Below, piece by piece: positions 26,974 to 34,231 of a DNA stretch of 35,327 bases (within the stretch, counting starts at the first letter, position 1; the number at the start of each line of letters is the position of its first letter). A program made the translations under genes and the position numbers. The notes under the pieces are model-generated. The model did not search any database. It saw only the letters and a list, made by a program, of their open reading frames with translations, and was not told the DNA's origin. The stretch is from Conexibacter sp. Lineage in GTDB: Bacteria > Actinomycetota > Thermoleophilia > Solirubrobacterales > Solirubrobacteraceae. The DNA is taken from positions 1 through 35,327 of the forward strand of contig JAOPZP010000495.1 in assembly GCA_025964055.1 (NCBI GenBank). Direction: 5' to 3'.

Positions 26974-27831
26974 TCACCAGGGGACGCACACGAGCTCGCT
27001 GTAGAAGTAGTCGATCTGGGCGGCGTCGAGGTTCGCGCTGCGAAACATCTTGCGCCGCGTCGCCTTCACGTCGAGGGCCAGGCGGGGGCGACGTCCGACG
27101 ATGCGGTCCTCGGCGAGCATCGCCGGCATGCCGTGGCGCAGCAGCAGATGGCGCGCGAAGGGGCGCCGGCAGCGGGCGAACAGCTCACGGTCGCTGACGT
27201 GCAGCACCGAGGCGAACAGCGGCAGCCCCCGGCGCCGGTCCTTGCGGAACACGACGTAGCACCACCGGTCGCCGCGCCGCAGGACGACGTGACGGGCCGC
27301 GGCGGCGGTGGCGTGGTCGCGATACAGCTGGAGCTGGTCGCCGGTCAGGACCTGCTCGATCCCGGCCCGGTCGGCGATGACCTCGGTCCGGCCCGGCAGC
27401 GACGGCCACGGCAGGTTGGGGACGAGCGCGGCCGCGGTGTCCAGGAAGCGGAAGCTCAACTTGGTGTTGATGTCCACGACGCTGCCGCTGGGCGAGAGGT
27501 CGGTGAACGTGTAGCCGTCCTGGGCCAGCAGCGCCTTGAGCAGGCGCAGGCCGTGGAAGCGGTAGGCGGGGAGGACGCACCACGCGCCGAGGTTGCAGAA
27601 GCGCTCGCGCCGGCCGTCGATGGTGCGCTCGGAGTAGAAGGCGAGATGGGCGCCCACGATCGTCCCGTCGTCGAGCAGCATGAAGCCGCCGTTCGGGCGC
27701 TCGGCCGTCCACGGGACGTCCAGCGCGCCGGCCCACACGTCCGGGCCGACCCGCTCGTTGAGGTGCTCGTGGAGGAAGGCGCCGACCCGGGGGCCGTCGT
27801 CCGGCGCGATGGGGTGCAGCGTCAGCGCCAC
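26974..27831 (-). CDS. Putative GNAT-fold acyltransferase
   Basis: GTG start overlapping the deacetylase stop; FCNLGAWCVLPAYRFHGLRLL resembles GNAT motif A. Confidence 0.6.
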   Translation of the reverse strand: MALTLHPIAPDDGPRVGAFLHEHLNERVGPDVWAGALDVPWTAERPNGGFMLLDDGTIVGAHLAFYSERTIDGRRERFCNLGAWCVLPAYRFHGLRLLKALLAQDGYTFTDLSPSGSVVDINTKLSFRFLDTAAALVPNLPWPSLPGRTEVIADRAGIEQVLTGDQLQLYRDHATAAAARHVVLRRGDRWCYVVFRKDRRRGLPLFASVLHVSDRELFARCRRPFARHLLLRHGMPAMLAEDRIVGRRPRLALDVKATRRKMFRSANLDAAQIDYFYSELVCVPW

Positions 27832-28490
27832 CGCTTCACCGCCAGCTTGGCGTGGCGCTGCAGCCGCGCGACCGGCTGCGCCTCCGACGCGGTGGCCGTC
27901 GTGAGCACCGCGTCGGCACGATCGGCCGAGTGGATCGAGGTGCGTGCCTGCAGCCACGCGTCCGGGTGGGCGGTGCCGCCGTCGCTGGTGTATACGCGGT
28001 CATAGCCGCCGCGGCGCAGCGCTCGCAGGACGCGGCGATCGTAGGCGCCGAACGGGCACGATGCTTCGGTGACCGGGCGGTCGAGGACGCCCTCGAGCTG
28101 CGCCTTGGCCTCGACGAGCTCTTCGTGCAGGCCCTCGTCGGGGAGATGGCGCCAGGGGACGTGGCGCATGCCGTGGCAGCCGATGGCCATGCCGGCGTCG
28201 GCCAGGGCCCGGACGTCGCCGGCGCTCAGGAACCCCGGCCGGCCGAGCCGCTCGGCGACGACGAAGAAGGTGCCGCGCAGCTTGCGCCGCTCCAGCTCCG
28301 GCAGGGCGTGCCGGACGTCGGACGCGTTGCCGTCGTCGAACGTCAGGCGGACGTCGGCGCGGCCCGACACGTGGTCGAGCACGGCTCCGAACAGCTGCCG
28401 ATCGATCCAGACGTCGCCTTCTCCGTCGTCCAGCGGCCGGTCGATGTCGCCGATCCCGTGGAAGGTCAACGTGATGAATCGCGGATCCAT
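27822..28490 (-). CDS. Polysaccharide deacetylase (CE4/NodB domain), no signal peptide
   Basis: LTFDDG, GCHGMRH, CPFG; ATG 28490 lies 10 nt after the promoter CGTT. Confidence 0.88.
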   Translation of the reverse strand: MDPRFITLTFHGIGDIDRPLDDGEGDVWIDRQLFGAVLDHVSGRADVRLTFDDGNASDVRHALPELERRKLRGTFFVVAERLGRPGFLSAGDVRALADAGMAIGCHGMRHVPWRHLPDEGLHEELVEAKAQLEGVLDRPVTEASCPFGAYDRRVLRALRRGGYDRVYTSDGGTAHPDAWLQARTSIHSADRADAVLTTATASEAQPVARLQRHAKLAVKRWR

Positions 28491-28500
28491 GCGTTCCATC

Positions 28501-28527
28501 AACGGCCACGCGCGGCAAGCACTTGCG
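28501..28527 (-). promoter_or_regulatory. Putative ECF-type promoter CGCAAG-N17-CGTT
   Basis: Exact match: CGCAAG 28527-28522, CGTT 28504-28501, 10 nt to ATG 28490. Confidence 0.75.
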
Positions 28528-28558
28528 CGGGCCGGGCGCCGATCGGGGGCCGGCGGTC

Positions 28559-28585
28559 CGCAAGAAGCCCTACGGGCCCGGCGTT
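28559..28585 (+). promoter_or_regulatory. Putative ECF-type promoter CGCAAG-N17-CGTT
   Basis: Exact match: CGCAAG 28559-28564, CGTT 28582-28585, upstream of ATG 28639. Confidence 0.75.
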
Positions 28586-28638
28586 AGTACCGCGGACGTC
28601 CCTTATCGTTGCGCTGACCGAGGCTCCTTCTTCTCCGC

Positions 28639-29481
28639 ATGCAAACCGTCACGATCCTCCGCCAGCTCTGGCGCCTCCGCCTGGCCACCGCCCTGATCGC
28701 CCTCGTGTCGGTGGCCGTCGGGACGCTGGTGGTCGCCAAGTTCTCCTTCCCGGCGGCGCTGCAGACCCGCAAGTACGAGGTCGGGATCGCCAACGTGCGC
28801 ATCCTCGTCGACACGCCCGAGTCGCAGGTCGTCGACGTGGCGCCGCGCGGGTCCGACACGCTGGGGATCCGCGCCAACCTCCTGGCCAACCTGATGGTCG
28901 ACGGAGACGTCAAGGCCGCGATCGGCCGGCGTGCCGGCCTGGCGTCCAGCCAGTTCTTCGGGATCGCCGAGTCGGCGACCGACCCGGGGGCCCAGACGCC
29001 GCCGAGCGATCCACGCAGGGCGGTGGTCTTCCGCACCAAGGTGTCGACGACGCCCGACGGCAGCCGCCTCCCGATCATCGAGGTCGAGGCCCAGGCGCCC
29101 GACACCGCCGGCGCGACGCGTCTGGCGAACGCCACGATCGCCGGCCTGCAGGACTACCTCAACTCCAAGGCCGCGCAGGACAACGTCAGGGACGCGCGCC
29201 GCCTGCGCGTCGGCGGCCTCGGCGTGGCCGAGGCGCACATGGCGCCGCGCGGTCCGCGCCTCTTCTACGGCATCGCCGCGGCGCTCTTCCTGTTCGGGCT
29301 CGGCTGCTTCACGATGATCGGCGGCTCGCGGTTGGCACGGGCCTACCGCGCCGCGGGCACCGCGGAGGAGCAGGCCGGGGCCGGCGACCCCCTCGAGGAC
29401 GCGCCGGAGCACCGTGAGGACCGCAACGACGTGCGGTCGCTGACGCCGGTCGACGGCCCGCTGCACGAGCGCGCCTCCTAG
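28639..29481 (+). CDS. Wzz/CapA-like membrane protein (paralog 3)
   Basis: Two TM segments; ILVDTPESQ...GSDTLGIRANLLANLM and LPIIEVEAQAPDTAGATRLANA. Confidence 0.65.
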   Translation: MQTVTILRQLWRLRLATALIALVSVAVGTLVVAKFSFPAALQTRKYEVGIANVRILVDTPESQVVDVAPRGSDTLGIRANLLANLMVDGDVKAAIGRRAGLASSQFFGIAESATDPGAQTPPSDPRRAVVFRTKVSTTPDGSRLPIIEVEAQAPDTAGATRLANATIAGLQDYLNSKAAQDNVRDARRLRVGGLGVAEAHMAPRGPRLFYGIAAALFLFGLGCFTMIGGSRLARAYRAAGTAEEQAGAGDPLEDAPEHREDRNDVRSLTPVDGPLHERAS

Positions 29482-29538
29482 GCACCCTCAGCGCGCCCGC
29501 TCACCGGCGGCGGCTCCGCCGCACCGTCCACCAACGAC

Positions 29539-29569
29539 ACCGGCCGCCGCGGGATCCGCGGCGGCCGGT
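29539..29569. terminator. Bidirectional terminator-like hairpin between convergent genes
   Basis: Perfect 14-bp stem ACCGGCCGCCGCGG/CCGCGGCGGCCGGT, loop GAT. Confidence 0.65.
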
Positions 29570-29597
29570 CTGCCGAGCTGGGTGGTGGAAGGGCGTG

Positions 29598-30656
29598 CTA
29601 GATGAGCGCGGGCGCCGTCAGCGCCGGCACCGCGACCGGCGTGCCGCCGAGGCGCAGGGACTCCTCGGCCGCCTCGACGCACGCCACGATGTCGTAGCCG
29701 AGCTCGGCGTGCGAGCGCGGCCGCTGGCCGGTGACGATCGCCCGGGCGAAGTCCGCCAGCTCGAGGCTCAGCGGCTCGGCCGCCTCGACGCGCGGGATGA
29801 CGATGTCGCCCGAGCGGTAGCTGAGCTGGTGCTCCCCGAAGTTCTTGGGGGTCTTGATGTCCATGCCCCGGTCGTACACGCGAACGGTCTCATCGGCCGC
29901 GGTGTCGTCGTACTGGACCATCTTCTGGCTGCCGACGATCACCATCTCGCGCACCTTGCGCGGCGCCAGCCACGAGATCTGCACGTTGGCGGCGGTGCCG
30001 TTGGCGAACGTCAGCGTCAGGAAGGCCACCTCCGGCACGCCGTCCTGGAACACGCTGCGGGCCGACGCGCTGACCTGCACGACGGGCTGGTCGAGCAGGT
30101 ACATCAGGATCGACAGGTCGTGCGGTGCGAGGTCGCAGACGACGCCGTCGGACTGGTACTTGCCGAGGTTCATGCGCGAGGAGGTCACGAAGTAGACCTC
30201 CCCGAGCTCACCCGCCAGGACGAGGTCGCGGATCTTGTTGACCGACGGGCTGTAGAGGAAGGTGTGCCCCGGCATGAGCGTCAGGCGGTTGGCCGTGGCG
30301 ATCTCGATCAGGTCGCGGGCCTCCGCCGCGGTCTTGGCCAGCGGCTTCTCCACCATGACGTGCTTGCCCGCGCGCAGCGCCGCCGCCACGAGCGCGTGGT
30401 GCGTCCGCGGCGGGGTGGCGATGAGGACGGCGTCGACGGAGGCGTCGGCGAGGACGTCGTCGAAGTCGGCGATGACCGGCGTGCCGGGCATCCGGGCCGA
30501 GAAGGCGGCGGCCCGCTCGGGGTCGCGCTCGCAGAGGCCGGCGAGCTCGAGCTCGGGGCGCTCGGCGACGTTGCGGACCAGGTTCGGGCCCCAGTAGCCG
30601 TAGCCGACGACGACGACGCGCAACGGCGCGGACGGGTTCTGCGTGGACATGGTCAT
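29598..30656 (-). CDS. Gfo/Idh/MocA family oxidoreductase (WbpB/WlbA-like sugar 3-dehydrogenase candidate)
   Basis: VVGYGYWGPNL, GKHVMVEKPL, DLAPHD; TGATG overlap with the upstream aminotransferase. Confidence 0.9.
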   Translation of the reverse strand: MTMSTQNPSAPLRVVVVGYGYWGPNLVRNVAERPELELAGLCERDPERAAAFSARMPGTPVIADFDDVLADASVDAVLIATPPRTHHALVAAALRAGKHVMVEKPLAKTAAEARDLIEIATANRLTLMPGHTFLYSPSVNKIRDLVLAGELGEVYFVTSSRMNLGKYQSDGVVCDLAPHDLSILMYLLDQPVVQVSASARSVFQDGVPEVAFLTLTFANGTAANVQISWLAPRKVREMVIVGSQKMVQYDDTAADETVRVYDRGMDIKTPKNFGEHQLSYRSGDIVIPRVEAAEPLSLELADFARAIVTGQRPRSHAELGYDIVACVEAAEESLRLGGTPVAVPALTAPALI

Positions 30657-31783
30657 CACTCCCCGGGCTCGAACGAACGGACGGCGGCGACGATCTGGGC
30701 GACCTCGTGGTCGGTCATCGTCGGGAACAGCGGCAACGTGCAGATCTCCCGCGCCAGGCGCTCGGCGCCGGGCAGGGTGCCCTCCGGCAGCGCGCCGTAG
30801 GCCTCCGTGCGGTGGATCGGGAACGGGTAGTGCACCGCCGTGGACACGCCATGGCGCTCGAGGTGCGCGCGCAGCGCGTCCCGGTGGCCCGACCGCACGA
30901 CGAACAGGTGATAGACGTGGTCGGCACCGTCGAACGCCGGCGCAGGGAGCTCCACGCTCGTGCCGGCCAGGCCGTCGGCCAGAGCGGCGCCGAGGCGGCG
31001 ACGGTCGGCGTTGCGGTCGTCGAGGTGGCGGAGCTTGACCCGGAGCAGCGCGGCCTGCAGGGCGTCCAGCCGCGCGGTCGTCCCGACGATCCGGTGGTGG
31101 TAGCGGGGCGACTCGCCGTGCGAGCGCAGCAGGCGCACGCGCGCCGCGAGGTCCTCGTCCGGCGTGACGACGGCGCCGCCGTCGCCCCAGCCCCCGAGGT
31201 TCTTGGTGGGGTAGAACGAGAAGCAGCCGACGTCGCCGACGCTGCCCACGCGGCGGTCGCGGTGGAACGCTCCGTGCGCCTGGGCCGTGTCCTCGATGAC
31301 GCGCAGGCCGGCGTCGCGGGCCACGGCGAGGATCGGGTCGAGGTCGACCGTCGAGCCCATGAGGTGCACGGGGACGACGCAGCGGGTGCTCGGCGTGATC
31401 GCCGCAGCGACGGCGTCGGCGGTGAGGAGGTGCGTCTGCGGATCCACGTCGACCAGGACCGGCGTCGCGCCGACCCAGCTGACGGCCTCCGCCGTCGCGA
31501 TGAACGAGTTCGACGGGACGATGACCTCGTCGCCGGGGCCGATGTCCAGCGCGCGCAGCGCCAGCGAGATCGCCTCGGTCCCGGAGGACACGCCGACCGC
31601 GTGCGGGGAGCCGCAGTACGTCGCGAACTCCTGCTCGAAGGCCTCGAGCTCGGAGCCCATCGTGAAGGCGCCCTGGCGGGCGACCCGCTCCACGACGGCC
31701 AGCAGCTCCTCGAGCAGCACGGGGTCTGACTGGTCCAGGCGCGTGACCGGGATCGCCGGAGCGGTGGTGGTGTGGGTCGACAT
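30656..31783 (-). CDS. DegT/DnrJ/EryC1/StrS family aminotransferase (WbpE/FdtB-like)
   Basis: IEDTAQAHGA, FSFYPTKNLGGWGDGGA, RLDALQAA. Confidence 0.93.
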   Translation of the reverse strand: MSTHTTTAPAIPVTRLDQSDPVLLEELLAVVERVARQGAFTMGSELEAFEQEFATYCGSPHAVGVSSGTEAISLALRALDIGPGDEVIVPSNSFIATAEAVSWVGATPVLVDVDPQTHLLTADAVAAAITPSTRCVVPVHLMGSTVDLDPILAVARDAGLRVIEDTAQAHGAFHRDRRVGSVGDVGCFSFYPTKNLGGWGDGGAVVTPDEDLAARVRLLRSHGESPRYHHRIVGTTARLDALQAALLRVKLRHLDDRNADRRRLGAALADGLAGTSVELPAPAFDGADHVYHLFVVRSGHRDALRAHLERHGVSTAVHYPFPIHRTEAYGALPEGTLPGAERLAREICTLPLFPTMTDHEVAQIVAAVRSFEPGE

Positions 31784-32442
31784 CACGCGGCCACCTTGGC
31801 GCCGATGGTCGGGCCGCAGCCCATGTCGGCGAGCGCGGTGCGCAGGGCGCCGCGGCCGCGGTGGTGCAGGCCGTGGATGGAGGACTCGGTGCGGCCCATG
31901 CGGCCGGCGATCTCACCCGGCGAGAGGCCGACGAGGTGGCGCATGACGACGACCTGGCGCTGGTCCTCGGGAAGGGTGGCGAGCGCGTCGCGGAGGCCGA
32001 GCGAGCGGTGGCGCGACGCGTCGTCGTCCTCCTCGCGGTCGTCGAGCTCGCGCACCTCCTCACAGGGGATGGCGCGCCGCTGGCGCATGTGGTCGACGGC
32101 GACGTTGCGGGCGACGCGGAGGATCCACGCGGAGAACGGGACCTCGCGCGGCTCGTACTTCGGCAGCGCCGTCATGAGCTTGGCGAACAGGTGCTGCGTG
32201 ACGTCCTCGGCCTCGAAGTCGTCGCGCACGATGCTGGCGACGTAGCCGTAGATGTGGTCCGCGTAGCGGACGTAGAGGAAGCGCAGCGCCTCACGGTCGC
32301 CCTGCTTGGCGCGGGCGACGGCCTGGTCGACGGCGCGGTTGCTGGCGTCGTCGTCGGTCAGGCGGCCCGCCCGCCGGAACTGGCCGGTGAGCACCCCCGA
32401 CGTCCCCGGTGCCGTCCGACTGAACTCTGCGTGCGCTGACAT
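31783..32442 (-). CDS. ECF-family RNA polymerase sigma-70 factor
   Basis: Region 2 EAEDVTQHLF...FSAWILRVARNVAVDHMR; region 4 LPEDQRQVVVMR...SPGEIAGRMG...LHHRGR; AGGA SD before ATG 32442. Confidence 0.92.
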   Translation of the reverse strand: MSAHAEFSRTAPGTSGVLTGQFRRAGRLTDDDASNRAVDQAVARAKQGDREALRFLYVRYADHIYGYVASIVRDDFEAEDVTQHLFAKLMTALPKYEPREVPFSAWILRVARNVAVDHMRQRRAIPCEEVRELDDREEDDDASRHRSLGLRDALATLPEDQRQVVVMRHLVGLSPGEIAGRMGRTESSIHGLHHRGRGALRTALADMGCGPTIGAKVAA

Positions 32443-32720
32443 CAATGTCCTGTCCGTTGCTGGTCGTCCGTGGGTGATCGAGGCCAGCGGGAAGCGACCG
32501 GCGCAATCCCCTGCGCCGGCGGCCACTGGCCTCGAGCGTCGCGGGCTCCGCCGCGACGGACTGCTGGCGACCGAGCCGGCAACCCCTGCCTTCGAGCCGG
32601 TCGCTTCATGCGTCCCCGTCCACCGAGTGAACGACTGGGAGTATGAATTTCGGATGGGGGTGCCCGGAAGGTGATCCCTGGTCGGGCCGGACACGGCAAC
32701 CGTCACCCACGCCCCGGAGA

Positions 32721-32740
32721 TGGGTGAGGTCTCTCACCCA
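32721..32740. promoter_or_regulatory. Palindromic operator candidate TGGGTGAG-N4-CTCACCCA
   Basis: Perfect 8-bp inverted repeat in the divergent sigma/rmlC intergenic region; extra half-sites at 32471 and 32703. Confidence 0.4.
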
Positions 32741-32784
32741 GCACGAGGTCACAGCGCTGCTGCTCAGCCGCCCGCGACGCCGGT

Positions 32785-32790
32785 TACGCT
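32785..32790 (+). promoter_or_regulatory. TANNNT -10 element (TACGCT) of a probable leaderless rmlC transcript
   Basis: 6 nt upstream of ATG 32797; no SD present. Confidence 0.55.
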
Positions 32791-32796
32791 CCGCCG

Positions 32797-33366
32797 ATGC
32801 GATTCAAGCGCCTGGAATCCCGCCTGGACGGGCCCATCCTCCTCGAGCCCCGCGTCTTCGGAGACGACCGTGGGTTCTTCATCGAGACCTACCGGCAGAG
32901 CGAGTTCGCCGAGGTCGGGATCCCGGAGCCGATGGTGCAGGACAACCACTCGCGCTCCGGCCGCGGGATCATCCGGGGGATGCACTTCCAGATCGGCGAC
33001 GGTGCCGCCAAGCTCGTGCGGTGCGGCCGCGGGGCCATCGTCGACGTCATGGTCGACGTGCGCGTCGGCTCTCCGACGTTCGGGGAATGGGAGGCGTTCG
33101 AGCTCTCCGAGGACAACCACCGGATGGTGTACTGCCCGATCGGCTTCGCTCACGGGTTCTGCGTGACCAGCGAGGTGGCCGACGTCTTCTACAAGCAGGA
33201 CCACTACTACGCCGACGGCACCGAGCGGGGGATCTCCTACCAGGACCCAGACGTCGGCATCGAGTGGCCGCTGCCGACGGAGGAGCTGATCCCATCCGAG
33301 CGCGACGCCGGCGCCCCGCTCCTGCGCGACGTCAAGGACGAGCTGCCGTTTCGCTACCGCGGCTGA
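32797..33366 (+). CDS. rmlC: dTDP-4-dehydrorhamnose 3,5-epimerase
   Basis: FGDDRGFFIE, QDNHSRS, RGMHFQ, KLVRC, GFAHGF. Confidence 0.95.
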   Translation: MRFKRLESRLDGPILLEPRVFGDDRGFFIETYRQSEFAEVGIPEPMVQDNHSRSGRGIIRGMHFQIGDGAAKLVRCGRGAIVDVMVDVRVGSPTFGEWEAFELSEDNHRMVYCPIGFAHGFCVTSEVADVFYKQDHYYADGTERGISYQDPDVGIEWPLPTEELIPSERDAGAPLLRDVKDELPFRYRG

Positions 33367-33373
33367 CCGGCGG

Positions 33374-33397
33374 CCGGTCGCGCTAGCGCGCGACCGG
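33374..33397. terminator. Hairpin at the rmlC/rmlD convergence
   Basis: 10-bp stem CCGGTCGCGC/GCGCGACCGG, loop TAGC, overlapping the rmlD stop. Confidence 0.35.
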
Positions 33398-34231
33398 TGC
33401 CGTCTGCGACAGGTAGTCGGCCAGCTGCTCGCGCCACGGCCGCAGGCGCGGCAGGCCGAGCGCGTCCGCGGCCGGCCGGGCCAGGACGCCGTTGAGCGGC
33501 CGGTCCGGCTGACCGGGCTGCACGGTGGTCGTGACGGGCTCGACGGCGACGTCGATGCCGGCCAGCTCCATGATCGCCTCGGTGAACTCGAGCCACGAGC
33601 AGGCGCCCTCGGCCGTCAGGTGGACGGTGCCGGCGGCGCCCCGCTCGACGGCGTCGACCAGCGCCGCGGCGAGGTCGGCCGTGAAGGTCGGCTGCAACCG
33701 CTGGTCGGCCACCATCTTCAGCCAGCCCTGCTCGAGCGCACGCGTCCGCATGCGCTCGACGAAGTTGCCGCCCTTGGACGCGCTGCCGTGCGTGCCGTAC
33801 AGGCCGGCGGCGCGCACGACGAGCGCACCGTCGCCGTAGGCCAGGGCGGCGTGCTCGCCGGCGAGCTTGGTCAGCGCGTAGATCGAGCGCGGGCTCGGCA
33901 GGTCGTCCTCGCCGTACGGACGCTCGGCGCGACCGTCGAAGACGTAGTTGGTGCTCAGGTGGACCAGCTTCGCGCCGCGCGACGCGAGGTCGCGGACGGC
34001 CCGGACGTTGACCTCCCACGCCCGGTCGGCCTCGACCTCGCACACGTCGAGGTTGTGGAAGGCCGCGCAGTTGAAGACCACGTCGGGGGCGACGTCGGCG
34101 AACGCGCGGTCGACCGCCGCCGTGTCGGCGATGTCGAGCTCCCCGCGCGAGAAGGACGTCGCCTGGTCGCCGAGCAGCGTCTGGAGGTCGGAGGCGAGCT
34201 GGCCGCCGCCTCCCGTGATGAGGGCCCTCAC
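33383..34231 (-). CDS. rmlD: dTDP-4-dehydrorhamnose reductase family protein
   Basis: GTG start at a GTGA overlap; ITGGGGQL, HLSTNYVFDG, YALTK, VADQRLQPT. Confidence 0.85.
   Translation of the reverse strand: MRALITGGGGQLASDLQTLLGDQATSFSRGELDIADTAAVDRAFADVAPDVVFNCAAFHNLDVCEVEADRAWEVNVRAVRDLASRGAKLVHLSTNYVFDGRAERPYGEDDLPSPRSIYALTKLAGEHAALAYGDGALVVRAAGLYGTHGSASKGGNFVERMRTRALEQGWLKMVADQRLQPTFTADLAAALVDAVERGAAGTVHLTAEGACSWLEFTEAIMELAGIDVAVEPVTTTVQPGQPDRPLNGVLARPAADALGLPRLRPWREQLADYLSQTAPVAR

Noticed and set aside
32443-32706. 88-codon in-frame extension of the sigma factor
   Set aside because: No domain-like sequence; ATG 32442 has an SD and the region carries promoter-like elements
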